From an uncultured delta proteobacterium (lineage in GTDB: Bacteria > Myxococcota_A > Polyangia > Polyangiales > Polyangiaceae): DNA of 64,000 nucleotides. The DNA is taken from assembly GCA_963850305.1 (NCBI GenBank), contig CAWKKR010000007.1:96001-160000 (forward strand). Reading direction: 5' to 3'. The translations under genes and the position numbers were made by a program. The notes below the pieces were generated by a model. That model saw only the letters and a program-made list of their open reading frames with translations. It ran no database searches and had not been told where the DNA came from. Of the stretch, positions 1 through 10,874 are shown in pieces. The first letter of the stretch is position 1, and each line of letters starts with the position of its first letter.

Positions 1-31
1 CGATCGAGCGCCTCGCGATCGTCCGCCTGCT

Positions 32-622
32 TCAAACTTCCCCCGCGTACGGCGGCGCGGGGTCGTATTGCATCGCGCGCATGACGTGGCGCGCGGTTGC
101 GGGGTCGAAGAGCTGTCCGACGAGCCACAGGGCCATGTCGATGCCGGCCGAGACACCGGCGGAAGTGACGACGTTGCCGTCGCGGACGTAGCGGACGTGC
201 GTGAGGACCTTCACTCGGCCGCGCGCTTCGAGCTCGCCGAGCGCGGCCCAGTGCGTGGTGGCGCGCTTGCCGTCGAGGAGACCCGCTGCGTGGAGCAACA
301 GCGCGCCGGTGCAGACGCTGGTGACGTAGCGACAGTGAGCCGCGGTGTCGTGAATCCACGTGACGAGCTTCACGTTGTCCACTTCGCGACGCGTTCCCCG
401 TCCGCCCGGAACGAGAATGACGTCGAACGCCGGTGCATTCTCGAGCGTGTGATCGGCAAGGACGCGAAGACCCTTGGCGCCGCGTACGGGCCGGTCGTGC
501 TCGGCGACCGTGGTCACGCGCACGGCACCGTTCGTGAGCTGCGCCGTCACGCCCATGACCTCGAACGGTCCGGCAAAGTCCAGTTCCTCGACCTCGTCGA
601 AGAGCACGATTCCAAAATTCAT
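32..622 (-). CDS. DJ-1/PfpI family protein
   Basis: C-terminal 196 aa of ORF 32..1471: MNFGIVLFDEVEELDFAGPFEV, LVPGG, SVCTGA (nucleophile Cys), ATTHW, TSAGVSAGIDM. ATG at 622 follows an AAGGAG RBS. Confidence 0.9.
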   Translation of the reverse strand: MNFGIVLFDEVEELDFAGPFEVMGVTAQLTNGAVRVTTVAEHDRPVRGAKGLRVLADHTLENAPAFDVILVPGGRGTRREVDNVKLVTWIHDTAAHCRYVTSVCTGALLLHAAGLLDGKRATTHWAALGELEARGRVKVLTHVRYVRDGNVVTSAGVSAGIDMALWLVGQLFDPATARHVMRAMQYDPAPPYAGEV

Positions 623-787
623 CTCGGAGCTCCTTTCGTCGTGAATTCGGTCCCGGCAGTCGGACCGGCGCTCTCGTTCCGCATGGTGCGGGCCCGCCGG
701 GAGGGCAGCAATGACATTCATCCCACGAATCCTGCCCGATCTCGCGGGTTGACCCCGCGTCCGCGCCCGCGTTTTGATACGCCCACG

Positions 788-3145
788 TTGCGCGAGCCGA
801 GCTCGTCGAAGCTGTCCGCCTTCCTGCCGCTCGTGGCGCTCGCTGCCGGCATTGCCGTGCTCGCCACGTTCAACGCGGCGTACCCGATCCGGCAGTGGCT
901 CCTCGTTCGCGTGGTTGGCTACTGGGCGCTCGCGCTCTACTGGGGCGCCGGGTGCTTCGCGCTCGGGCTCGAGCTCGTGCGTCGCGTCGCGCCGCGGCAA
1001 TACCGGTGCTCGGAGGTGCCGTTCGTCGCGTTCCCGATGGGCGTTCTTGCGTTCGGCATTCTCGTGTTCGTCGTCGGGGTTCTGGGGCTGCTGCAACTTC
1101 CGTTCTTCGTGCTCGGGCCGCTCGCTTTTGTCGGTGCCGGCTCGTCCGCGCTCCGGGAGTGGGTGCGTCACGTTCGTTCGCGGCGGCCGCTGCGCGGGTG
1201 GGTTCCGTCGCCCGTCGAGCGGCTCGCACTCGTGTTCGGCGCGTGCTGCGTCGTCGCGGTGTATCTGCCGATCCTCACGCCGCACAACATGCAGCACGAC
1301 GCGCGGTGGTATCATTTGCCCATCGCGGAGCAGTACGTGGCGGAGGGCGCGATCCGTCCGTTCCGGGAGGGCTGGTTTCTCGGCACGTATCCGCACCTCG
1401 CGAGCCTCCTGTACGTGTGGGCGTTCCTCTTGCCGGCGGGCATCGTGCATCGCGTCGAGCTCGCGGCCCACATGGAATTCGTGATCTTCCTGATGACGAT
1501 CGCGTCAATTCCGGCGCTCGTCCGGCGTATCGTCCCCGGAACTCGATTGCCGTTCGCCTGGGCCGGCTTCTTCCTGTTCCCGGCCATCTTCGTCTACGAC
1601 TCCAACCTGTCGCTCGGCGCCGATCACGTGGCGGCGCTGTTCGCACCCGCCGGGATGCTGGCGCTTTTTGCGGCGCTCGCGACGCTCTCCCCGCGGCACG
1701 CGGCGCTCGTCGGCGCGGCGGCGGCGGGCACCGTGCTGACGAAGTATTCGGCGGCGTGCGTCACCGTTCCGTTGCTCGGCGCCGTCGTCGTTCGCGCGGC
1801 TGTCGCGGTTCGAGCAGGAAAAGCGGTCCGGCGTGCCGTCGAGAGCGTGGGGGCGATGGCGCTCTCCTTCGTCGTCCTCTGGGCTCCGCACTGGCTGAAG
1901 AACGCGATCTGGTACGGAGATCCGTTCTATCCGTTGTTCGGTGATTCGTTCCCCGCGCATCCCTGGGATGCTCGCGCCTCGAATGCCCTCCGGGTGTTCA
2001 TGAACTGGGGAATGATCCGTCCGAAAGAGGATCTCTCCGGGCTTCTCGATACGCTCCGAGGGGGCCTCACCGTCGGCTTTCGCGTGCCGGACGGCTGGCA
2101 CCAGGGGGTTCCTGTCTTTGGTTTTTTGTTTGCCGCGACTTTGTTTTGCGTCCCGTTCTCCCGTCCCGGCCCTCGCCTGAAGCTTTCGTACGCCCTCGGT
2201 GTCGCGGCGTCGCTCGTCTGGTACTGGACGAACCATCACGAGCGGTACCTGCAAGCGTGCGTCCCGTGGTTCGCGGCGGCGACGGTCGCGTGGATCGTGG
2301 TCGCATGGACGCAGCACGGCACTCGCGGAAGGGTCTCCGTCGCGGCCCTCGTGGGAGTCCAGCTCCTCTGCGGCGCGGGCGTGTTTCTGCTCCCCTCGTA
2401 CTTCATGATCGCGAGCGAACACCCGCTCATCGACGTGATGAAGCTCGTCCGTCAGGGTTACGACAAGCAGTACGCCGCCCGCTTCGAGCCGTTCGACGAC
2501 TGGGAATTCGCGTCGTGGACCGCGCTCGGCAAGCTCTTGCCGAAGCACGCGCGAGTGCTCGCGCACGAAGATCGCCTGTGGCTCGGCCTCGACGCGCCCG
2601 TCGTCGTGGACGAAGCCCAGTGGCAAGCCGGCATCCGCTACTCGGGTCTCTCGAGCACGGCGGACGTCTACGACGTGATCCATCGTTTCGGTGTCACTCA
2701 CATCGTGACGGGAACGAGCCCCGGCGACAGCGGAGATCACGGCATCACCGGCAATCTCCTGTTCTGGGATTTCGTGACCACCGATACGCGGAGCGTCGCG
2801 AGGCGCGGCGGGCTTTCGCTCTGGGAGATGCCAGCGCACCGACCCTCGGTGCGCTCCGCCGGCACCGCGCTCGTCGCCACGTGCAATCTGAGCGTTCCGA
2901 GCGGCCTCTACGACGTCACGTCGGTCGGGAAAGGCCCGCCGCTCGTGGCGTTGCCACCAAAGGGCAGGGTTCCCCTGGCACTGACCCGGCGCGCGACGTT
3001 TCTCGTTCTCGAAGACGATTGCGGATACTCGGTGGACCCGTCGGTCGCCGAGCGGTTCCGGATCATGGGGATCCGCGGCAAGGTTTTCTTCGAGAAGCGC
3101 GCGAGCGATCCCGGGGATTCACCGCCCGCTACCGCCGCCCCTTGA
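788..3145 (+). CDS. Polytopic membrane protein, probable GT-C fold (ArnT/PMT-like) glycosyltransferase
   Basis: Many hydrophobic helices, luminal loop HDARWYHLPIAEQY, KNAIWYGDPFYP, ERYL, soluble C-terminal tail. Start uncertain (about 683-790). Confidence 0.6.
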   Translation: MREPSSSKLSAFLPLVALAAGIAVLATFNAAYPIRQWLLVRVVGYWALALYWGAGCFALGLELVRRVAPRQYRCSEVPFVAFPMGVLAFGILVFVVGVLGLLQLPFFVLGPLAFVGAGSSALREWVRHVRSRRPLRGWVPSPVERLALVFGACCVVAVYLPILTPHNMQHDARWYHLPIAEQYVAEGAIRPFREGWFLGTYPHLASLLYVWAFLLPAGIVHRVELAAHMEFVIFLMTIASIPALVRRIVPGTRLPFAWAGFFLFPAIFVYDSNLSLGADHVAALFAPAGMLALFAALATLSPRHAALVGAAAAGTVLTKYSAACVTVPLLGAVVVRAAVAVRAGKAVRRAVESVGAMALSFVVLWAPHWLKNAIWYGDPFYPLFGDSFPAHPWDARASNALRVFMNWGMIRPKEDLSGLLDTLRGGLTVGFRVPDGWHQGVPVFGFLFAATLFCVPFSRPGPRLKLSYALGVAASLVWYWTNHHERYLQACVPWFAAATVAWIVVAWTQHGTRGRVSVAALVGVQLLCGAGVFLLPSYFMIASEHPLIDVMKLVRQGYDKQYAARFEPFDDWEFASWTALGKLLPKHARVLAHEDRLWLGLDAPVVVDEAQWQAGIRYSGLSSTADVYDVIHRFGVTHIVTGTSPGDSGDHGITGNLLFWDFVTTDTRSVARRGGLSLWEMPAHRPSVRSAGTALVATCNLSVPSGLYDVTSVGKGPPLVALPPKGRVPLALTRRATFLVLEDDCGYSVDPSVAERFRIMGIRGKVFFEKRASDPGDSPPATAAP

Positions 3146-3305
3146 AGCCCATCATGTTTTGAACGACGGCCTCGCTCTCTTCCGCGACGGCTTCCTGTTC
3201 GCGCGCCGCGTCGGCGCAATCTTCGCAGAGTTTCTTCGCCTTGCCGTCGACCTTCACGGATACGAGTTCGTCGACTTCTTCACCACAGGCCTTGCAAATC
3301 GGCAT
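3129..3305 (-). CDS. Small CxxC...CxxC (zinc-ribbon-like) protein, 58 aa
   Basis: MPICKACGEEVDELVSVKVDGKAKKLCEDCAD..., followed by an acidic helix. Divergent from the Cu-ATPase. Confidence 0.7.
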   Translation of the reverse strand: MPICKACGEEVDELVSVKVDGKAKKLCEDCADAAREQEAVAEESEAVVQNMMGFKGRR

Positions 3306-3355
3306 GAGGGTGACCATTTGTTCCCTCGCAGCGCGCGTCAACCGAGAAGGAGAGA

Positions 3356-5720
3356 ATGCAGCACTCGACGACAGTCGCCGACTCGGGGAGTGTTGCCACC
3401 GACCCGGTCTGCGGCATGACGGTCGGGATGGACTCGCCCTTTTTCGGCGAGCACATTGGCAAGAAGTATTTCTTCTGCTGCGCCGGGTGTCGTGACCGCT
3501 TCGCGCGGGAACCCGAGCGCTACTCGTCGAAGAAGGACGCACCGTCTCGGGCGTTGCCGATTGCGGCGCGGGCCGGGCATGTGACCGAGTGTCCTCCGTG
3601 TTACGAGTCCGCCATCGAAGCACCCGTCTCGTCCGGCCAGCAATGGACGTGCCCGATGCATCCCGAAGTGAGGCGCGCCGAGCCGGGGAGCTGCCCACGG
3701 TGCGGCATGGCACTCGAACCGACCGTCGCGTCGAAGGCGGAGGACACGACGGAGCTCGACGACATGTCGCGCCGCCTTCGGGTGGCAGCGCTGCTCGCGG
3801 TTCCGCTCATCGTCGTGTCGATGGCCGACGGGGCTTCCGGTCGCATCGGGCTGTCGCGAGGGACGGGTCAGCTCATCGAGCTCGCCCTGTCGACGGTCCT
3901 CTGCGGGTGGGCTGGCGCGCCGCTTCTCGCACGTGGCGTTGCTTCGGTGAAACACCGGAGCCCGAACATGTTCACGCTCATCGCTCTCGGCGTCGCGGCG
4001 TCGTACCTGTATAGCCTCGTCGCGACGCTCGCGCCGGGTCTGTTCCCGGCGACATCCCGCGGACCCGGGGGGCTGGTCCCGGTGTATTTCGAGGCGGCGG
4101 GCGTCATCGTCACGCTCGTCCTTCTGGGTCAGGTGCTCGAGCTCGGCGCGCGCCGCCGCACGGGGCTCGCGCTTCGCTCCCTGCTCGAGCTGGCGCCGGA
4201 GCGCGCGTTCCGCGTGCGCGACGGCGCGCCCGACGAGGAGATATCGCTGCACAATGTCAACGTCGGCGATCGCCTGCGCGTGCGGCCTGGTGACAGGGTG
4301 CCGGCGGACGGCGTCGTCCTCGAGGGACGGAGCACGGTCGATGAATCGATGGTCACGGGCGAACCGGTTCCCGTCGAAAAGACGATTTCCGACGCCGTCA
4401 TCGGCGGCACGACGAACGGCCTAGGCTCGTTCGTCCTGCGGGCGGAGAAGGTCGGCGAGGAGACGCTCCTCTCGCAGATCGTGAAGTTGGTTGCGGCGGC
4501 CCAGCGAAGTCGCGCTCCCGTGCAGCGGCTCGCGGATCGCATCGCGTCCGTATTTCGTTCCCGGCGTGATCCTCTGTGCTGCGGGAACGTTCGTCGCCTG
4601 GTCGATCGCCGGCCCGGAGCCGCGCCTCGCGCATGCCCTCATCAGTGCTGTCTCGGTCCTCATCATCGCGTGCCCGTGCGCGCTCGGTCTCGCGACGCCG
4701 ATGTCGATCCTCGTGGCGACCGGTCGCGCCGCCACGGAGGGGGTTCTATTCCGCGACGCCGAGGCCCTGGAACGACTCGGGTCCGTGGACACGCTCGTCG
4801 TCGACAAGACCGGCACGTTGACCGAGGGGAAGCCAGAGGTCGTGCGTGTCGACGTCGAGCCCGGCGAGATGGAAGCGGACGTCATCCGCATCGCGGCGAG
4901 TCTCGAAGCGGTCAGCGAACACCCGCTCGCGTCCGCGGTCCTCGCGCTGGCGAAGAGTCGAAGCGTCGCTGGCTCGCCCGTGAGCGACTTCGAATACGTT
5001 CCGGGTCAGGGTGTTCGAGGCACCGTGGGCGGCGAGTCCGTCGCGATCGGCAATCACGCGATGATGGAGCGCGAGGCGGTCGTTGCAGGGTCCATCCGAG
5101 CGGAAGACGCTTCCCGGACCCCGCTCTACGTCGCGCGCCACCGTCGCCTGGCGGGCGTGCTCTTCGTCGAGGATCCCATCAAAGCTACGACCCCTGACGC
5201 ACTGAGGGCTCTCGACGCAGACGGCGTCCACGTCGTCATGCTCACGGGTGATACGGTCGAGAGCGCCGCCGCCGTCGCGAAACGTCTGGGGATAACGGAC
5301 GTCGTGGCCGCCGCACGGCCCGAGCGAAAGCTCGAGACGGTCGAGCGGCTGGAGCGCGAGGGGCGGAAGGTCGCGATGGCCGGAGATGGCGTGAACGACG
5401 CACCCGCGCTCGCTCGCGCCGCGGTCGGCATCGCGATGGGAACCGGCACGAACGTCGCGATCGAGAGCGCGGGTGTCACTCTCGTGAAGGGGGATCTTCG
5501 CGGCATCGTCCGCGCGCGCCGCCTCAGCCGGCAGACCATGACGAACGTCAGACAGAACCTGGTCTTCGCGTTCGGCTACAACGCGATCGGCATCCCGGTC
5601 GCGGCGGGCGCGCTCCACCCGCTCTCTGGAATCGTCCTCTCGCCGATGTTCGCCGCTGCGGCCATGAGCTTCAGCAGCGTGTCGGTCATTGCGAACGCAC
5701 TGCGGCTCCGTCGCAGGTAG
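3356..5720 (+). CDS. copA: Cu(I)/Ag(I)-translocating P1B-type ATPase with N-terminal YHS and CPMHP metal-binding domains (1-nt frameshift near 4553)
   Basis: DPVCGM/FCCAGC, CPMHP..CPRCGM, TGEP, CPCALGLATP, DKTGT, EHP, GDGVNDAPAL, YN and MxxSS motifs. Split over ORFs 3356..5197 and 4491..5720; removing one T from the run in gtatttc restores ASVFVPGV. Confidence 0.9.
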
Positions 5721-5796
5721 TGAAGGTCGCGGAAGGGCGCCGGAGAGTCGTGATATGCTCGGCGACATCCCCCTGGCCGTTTCCGGCTGGACCACC

Positions 5797-7228
5797 ATGT
5801 TCGACCGAGGCAGGATCCGACGATTGGCAGCGCGCTACGCGGAGCGCGAAAAGTTCCCCGAGGCGCTTCGCGAGTATGGCCGGATCGTCGAGCTGGACTT
5901 CCGCGACGTGACTGCGCTTCACGAGATTGCCCGGCTCGAACAGCGGCTCGGCGCCATCGATGCCGTGGCGAGAACGTTCGCGCAGATAGCGGAGCGGCTC
6001 GTCGCCCGCGGCTGGAAGCTGGCCGCGAGCCACCGATACCGGCGGCTCCTCGATGTCATCGAGCCCCTTCCGGCAGAATCGAAGACTCCGTATCGCGCGA
6101 TCCCCGGGCGCGTGGCTCGCCTCCGCGCCGACGTATCCGAGCAGCGCACGAAGCTCTCTGACTACGACGAGGCCGCGCTCGCGCTCGAAAAGAACGGGCG
6201 GGACGTCGAAGCGGCGGAGCTCCTTCAGAAGATGACGGCGCTCGAGCCCGACAACCCGGTCTTTCATGCTCGCCTCGCGGAGGCGTATTGCCGCCTGGCC
6301 CGGGTCGCCGACGCGCTGCCCGAGTTTCGAATCGCGGCACGCTCTCTCCTCGAATTCGGAAAGACGAACGATGCGCTCCGAGTACTCGAACGCCTCCTGC
6401 ACCTCCGGACCGATCCGGAGGACGCGCTCCTCGCCGCCGAGCAATACCTCCTGCGCGGCGATCCCGGCGATCCGATGCGCGCGGTCGCGAAGCTGCAAGC
6501 GTGCGTCGCGGCCGACCCGGAGCACCTCGACGCGCTCGGATTCCTCGCACGGGCCTTCGACGCGATGGGCCATGCGACGCGGGCCGTCCAGGTGCGCATC
6601 GAGATGGCTCGCGTCGCGAAGGAGGTCGGAGAAACGGAGCTGGCGCGGGATTTCGGCGAGCACGCTCATCCAGCTCATGCCGGACGACCCGCGAGTTCGC
6701 GCGCTCAGCGGGCGCTCCCGCTCCGGCGGTTCCAGCGGTCCGGAGCTCTCGGTGCGGAGCAGCCTCGTCAGTGTCACCGACGAAGAGCTCGATGCTCTGC
6801 AGCAAGCGATTCACGAGACGCAGTCGCACTCGGACGGCTCCGTTCTCGACGATTTGTCGTTCGAGGAGCTCTCCGAGGTGTGGGTGATGCCGGTCATTTC
6901 GAAGGAGGCCCGCCGCGCCCTGGATGACGCGGAGGCGTTCCTGGCGCTCCGCCTGTTCCCGAAGGCCGAATACGTTCTCCGCAACGCGGTCGCGCTCGAC
7001 CCGGTGTGCGCCGAGCTTCGCGAGTCGCTCCGCGGGGTGTTACGGCTTGCCGGAAACTCCGCCGGCTTCGTCGAGGAGACGGTCGCGCTCGCCGACCTGT
7101 ACTTTCAACGTCGCTTCCTCGTTCGGGCACGGACGCTCATCGACGAGGCGCTCGCGGAGGACCCCGAGAGCGAGGCGGCGCTCGCGTTCATGGCGGAGTT
7201 CGTGGAGCTGGAACGCGCGCCTGCTTGA
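5797..7228 (+). CDS. Tetratricopeptide-repeat protein (1-nt frameshift near 6655)
   Basis: TPR-like helices (LEPDNPVFHARLAEAY, ADPEHLDALGFLARAF, AEDPESEAA). Removing one G at 6655-6656 joins ORFs 5689..6927 and 6266..7228 (RDFASTLIQLMPDDP). Confidence 0.7.
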
Positions 7229-7232
7229 ACGA

Positions 7233-7859
7233 TCAGAAGCGCGTGATGAGCGTGCCCGAACCCGGGAAGTCGAACTCACGCTTCGCGCAGGAGCGCTCGC
7301 CGGATTCGACGCACACGGGCGCACCGATGCTGTCGTTCGTGCGTGCGCCGTGGGGCGCGCAGAGCTCCGCGACGTAGCGTCCGGGCGCCACGACCCGCTC
7401 CGTCACGCACGGGGTCGTTCCGTTGCAGAGTCCCGGTTCGAAATATGTCCCGTTCCAGGCGAATTCTTCCCGCGTCACCGGGACGCCCATCGGCGTGCAG
7501 TGTGGCTTCGCGCACGGTCCTGCCTTGCAGGTCGAACACCGAACCGGGCATGCTCCGGCGCTGAGGAGCAGAGGCTCCGGCGAGCCCGCCCCGCGCACGC
7601 GGATGGGCGGCACGCCCCCGCAATCGTCGGTCCGGCAGAACGCGTGAGGGTCGTTCGCTTCGAAGACCAGCCTCACCGAATTGCTCGACGCGGGTGCCGC
7701 CGTTGCGGCGGTGGTCGGAGGCGCGTGGGTCGCTCGATGTTCGACGTTACGGTCGCACCGCGCCCCGAGGAACAGCAGGGTCAGAAGCAGTGCTAGATTC
7801 GTTCCCGGCCGGGCCCGCGATGCTCGCTCTCGCCTCTCCTTCACGCTCATGGAACCCAT
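7233..7859 (-). CDS. Cys-rich secreted protein or lipoprotein, hypothetical
   Basis: Hydrophobic segment LALLLTLLFLGARC followed by a Cys-rich domain. The true start probably lies downstream of the ORF start. Confidence 0.55.
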   Translation of the reverse strand: MGSMSVKERRERASRARPGTNLALLLTLLFLGARCDRNVEHRATHAPPTTAATAAPASSNSVRLVFEANDPHAFCRTDDCGGVPPIRVRGAGSPEPLLLSAGACPVRCSTCKAGPCAKPHCTPMGVPVTREEFAWNGTYFEPGLCNGTTPCVTERVVAPGRYVAELCAPHGARTNDSIGAPVCVESGERSCAKREFDFPGSGTLITRF

Positions 7860-8268
7860 TGCCGTCAGTTCACGCGTCGTCGTTCCTGCGACGGCGCTGA
7901 CCCTTCATACTGCTCGATCGGGTGGTCCGGGCGGGCAGAACGTCAACAAGGTTTCGTCGAAGGTCGAGCTCCGCGTGGACCTCGGGGCCGTCGAGGGACT
8001 CTCGCCGGACCAGCTGAGGCGTCTCCGCGTCCTGTCGGCCGGGCGCATAGACCGGGAGGGACGGCTCGTCGTCACCAGCCAGCGTTCGCGGTCGCAGTTC
8101 GATAATCTGGATGACGCGCGCGAAAAGGTACGAAGCATCGTGGCAAGCGCGCTCGTCGCCCCCAAGCGCCGCATTCCAACGAAGCCGTCGCGCGCCGCCA
8201 AGGCGAGGCGCCTCGACTCGAAGCGCCGTCAATCCGAGAAGAAGACGAACCGCGGCGCACTCGACTGA
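7849..8268 (+). CDS. arfB: Alternative ribosome-rescue peptidyl-tRNA hydrolase ArfB
   Basis: RSGGPGGQNVNKVSSKVELR (GGQ motif), RSQFDN, basic tail PTKPSRAAKARRLDSKRRQSEKK. Confidence 0.93.
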   Translation: MEPIAVSSRVVVPATALTLHTARSGGPGGQNVNKVSSKVELRVDLGAVEGLSPDQLRRLRVLSAGRIDREGRLVVTSQRSRSQFDNLDDAREKVRSIVASALVAPKRRIPTKPSRAAKARRLDSKRRQSEKKTNRGALD

Positions 8269-8269
8269 C

Positions 8270-8620
8270 TCAGTGGAGCAGGTGCGGAGGGATCATCGCG
8301 AGGACGGCCAGGATCGCCGACGCGATCAGGGCGGTCTTGAAGTCTCTGATCGAGAGGTCGTCGGTGAGCGCGTCGGTCACCTTGAGAAGAATCGCGGTGA
8401 CCACCCACCGCGTCACGAATGAAAAAATGAACCCGATGAACAGCGTTCCGATCCCGATCACCACGAACAAGAACCAGCCGATGAAGAAGTGGAGCAAGCC
8501 GAACAATGCGCCAACCCAGAGCGCGCCCTTGAAAGTCGGGATCTCGAAGCCCGGAAGAACTCGTGCGGTGAGCCAGAGCCCGGCCGCGAGGAACAACCAT
8601 GACAACAGAACTTCCCGCAT
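8270..8620 (-). CDS. 4-TMS 'phage holin' family (YvlD/DUF360-like) membrane protein
   Basis: 116 aa, four hydrophobic segments, LPGFEI..F..AL and IRDFKTA patterns. Confidence 0.75.
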   Translation of the reverse strand: MREVLLSWLFLAAGLWLTARVLPGFEIPTFKGALWVGALFGLLHFFIGWFLFVVIGIGTLFIGFIFSFVTRWVVTAILLKVTDALTDDLSIRDFKTALIASAILAVLAMIPPHLLH

Positions 8621-8719
8621 GAGCGAACAATAGCCGAACGCCCGCCCGGCGCCAGCGTCAGAGGAGCGACCGTTGCCGGATCATGACCATCGACCTAGAC
8701 AAAAGCCGGAGGTCGATGG

Positions 8720-9172
8720 ATGCCGTCAATCGGTCTGCTCTCGAAGCGCCGCTTCCTCGAACGAGTGGCGTTTGCGAGCGCGTGGCTCGGCGTGGTCGTC
8801 GCGTGTTCTTCGAGTTCGGCAACGAGGCCACCGGCGGCGCTCGAGCCCGGGACGCGGGCCCACGTGGATAACGGGGGGGTTCTTCCTGAGAATCTGGTCT
8901 GCGAGGAATTCTGCGAACGGCTCGCCGCGTGCTGGTACGCATTGCCGGCGGTCGATCAGACCCTGACGAAGCAAGACGTCATGGCACGCTGCCAGAAAGA
9001 CGAACGCGGTTGCACCGAGGTGACGACCGACAAGCATTGCTGCGGCATGCTCTCGGACTGTCGGGACTTCGCCTCCTGCGAGCAGAAGAGCCACGGATTC
9101 CCGAGCGACTGCCAGGTCGCGCGATCGTCCCTGGAACGTCAGTCGCCGACCTTCATGCCGGTGTCCGAATGA
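8720..9172 (+). CDS. Cys-rich lipoprotein, hypothetical
   Basis: Lipobox VVAC; CEEFCERLAAC and HCCGMLSDC motifs. Confidence 0.6.
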   Translation: MPSIGLLSKRRFLERVAFASAWLGVVVACSSSSATRPPAALEPGTRAHVDNGGVLPENLVCEEFCERLAACWYALPAVDQTLTKQDVMARCQKDERGCTEVTTDKHCCGMLSDCRDFASCEQKSHGFPSDCQVARSSLERQSPTFMPVSE

Positions 9173-10833
9173 CCCGTCTGTCCGAGCGCGCGGACGAGCA
9201 GCGAGAAGATTTCTGCGTGAGTGACAGCGGGCTTCCGGTCGCGCGGAGGGACGAGCCCGTCCGTGAAGCCGCGGGCGCGGAATGCGTCGAGCAGGTTCCG
9301 GTCGCGCGCAAAGACGTGCATGGGCACGTCGAAGCTCGCGTCCTCGGGTGACACGACCGGCGGCTGATGATCGCCCATGACGATGACGAGGTCGTCGCCG
9401 GTTCTCTTCTTCAAGAATTCTTCGATGACCCGAAGGTCGTAGAGGACCGTGCGCACGTAACCTTCGCTGAACGCGGCGGTGAGCGCTCCCATGTACGGTT
9501 GGCTCGACGGTTCGCGCGAGTAAGCGCCGATGTTTTCGACAATCTCCTCGCCGTTCGGCAGGCTCGGGAGGGAGACGTTCCCGGTGTTCGCCTTTCTCCA
9601 GTCGTCGAGAAAAGCGGGTACGGCCATCCACGCGGCGTGCGACGAGACCATGTGGAAGTGAAAGAACAGCGGACGTTCAACCTTCGAGAGGACGTGTTCG
9701 TCGGCGTAGCCGAGTGAGTACTGGTCCGGCACGATGCCCCATCCCATCCGCCTTCCGTGATAGTCGAGATCGTCGAACCGGAGGTAGCGATCGTAGCCGT
9801 ATCGATTCTCGTCCTCGACGCCGGGGCGCTTTCGATCCGAGGGTGCGAGATGCACCGTCTCGTAGCCTTGTCTTGCGAAGAAGTCGACGAGCGTCGGGAC
9901 GCGCGGCCTATGGTCGATGAGCTGCCGGAACACGGCTTCGTACCGGATCGGCTTGCCCATCAGGATGCTGCCGACCGCGAGCCAGGAGCGCCCGCCGCTG
10001 ACGGGCGCGGTCGCGAAGGCGCTCGCGATACTCCAGCCATCGCGCTGGAGCCGTCCTTCCATTCCGCGGATCGAGGGTTCCCAGACGGACCGCATCGCTG
10101 GATTCTCCGCGATGAGCCGGCCGTAGCTCTCGACGAAGAACAAGAGCACGTTCGGCCTCCGGGAGAGCCGGATGGCGTCGTATCGTCGATAGGGCGACTC
10201 CGTGACGAAGCCATTCACGGCGAGGTAGATGCGGCGTGACTCGGCGATGTTCTTCACGAGATCGGGGAGCATCCAGCGCACCCACGGGCGCCCAGGCGGT
10301 CTCGGTCCGAACGCCGTGGCGAGGAGGGTGACCGTCCAGGCGACGAGCGCGACGAGGGCAGTCGTGCGACGCCGCTCCGGCTCGAAGAGGGGGCGCGTCG
10401 CGCGGAGCAGCCAGCGAAGAAGAAATACGAGCGCGCCGATTGCGGTGGTGAGGGCGACCAACGCGGGCACGGCCGTGACGCTCAGCAGATCGTTTACGAG
10501 CACGAACAGATGCTTCACGAGGAACAGCTGGTCGTAGAGGAGCGGCTCCGAGCGGGCGATGACGAAGAAGATGGCGCGGTCGACCCGCACGAGTGCAAGC
10601 ACCGCGACGAAGGCGACCAGCATCCACCTTACCCACGCGCCCCGCCGGATTCGAAAACTGATTCCAAATACGGTGAGGGTCGCCAGCATTTCTCCGGTGG
10701 GGCGGAGCGAGAGCAGCGAAATCCGGTCGGGCCCAAGTGCCATCGGGACCTCGAAGAGCAACCAGGGGAGGGCGAGCGCGAGCCACGGCACGAGGTCGTT
10801 CGACCGAGAACGGTGTTCCAACGAGCTCCGCAT
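9139..10833 (-). CDS. Membrane-anchored alkaline-phosphatase-superfamily (sulfatase/LtaS-like) transferase
   Basis: About five N-terminal TM helices, then PNVLLFFVESYG, SGGRSWL, VSSH and MGDHQP metal-site motifs. Confidence 0.8.
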   Translation of the reverse strand: MRSSLEHRSRSNDLVPWLALALPWLLFEVPMALGPDRISLLSLRPTGEMLATLTVFGISFRIRRGAWVRWMLVAFVAVLALVRVDRAIFFVIARSEPLLYDQLFLVKHLFVLVNDLLSVTAVPALVALTTAIGALVFLLRWLLRATRPLFEPERRRTTALVALVAWTVTLLATAFGPRPPGRPWVRWMLPDLVKNIAESRRIYLAVNGFVTESPYRRYDAIRLSRRPNVLLFFVESYGRLIAENPAMRSVWEPSIRGMEGRLQRDGWSIASAFATAPVSGGRSWLAVGSILMGKPIRYEAVFRQLIDHRPRVPTLVDFFARQGYETVHLAPSDRKRPGVEDENRYGYDRYLRFDDLDYHGRRMGWGIVPDQYSLGYADEHVLSKVERPLFFHFHMVSSHAAWMAVPAFLDDWRKANTGNVSLPSLPNGEEIVENIGAYSREPSSQPYMGALTAAFSEGYVRTVLYDLRVIEEFLKKRTGDDLVIVMGDHQPPVVSPEDASFDVPMHVFARDRNLLDAFRARGFTDGLVPPRDRKPAVTHAEIFSLLVRALGQTGHSDTGMKVGD

Positions 10834-10874
10834 GGACCTTGAGGTAGACTGCCCGCGGACTCCGAGGACGTCAC

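Noticed and set aside
4545..4560. Programmed frameshift in copA producing a chaperone
   Set aside because: The shift falls mid-ATPase rather than after the metal-binding domain, there is no slippery heptamer, and it matches the window-wide indel pattern.
8270..8620. Prophage, suggested by the holin-family gene
   Set aside because: No endolysin, structural, terminase or integrase genes; this family is common in non-phage contexts.
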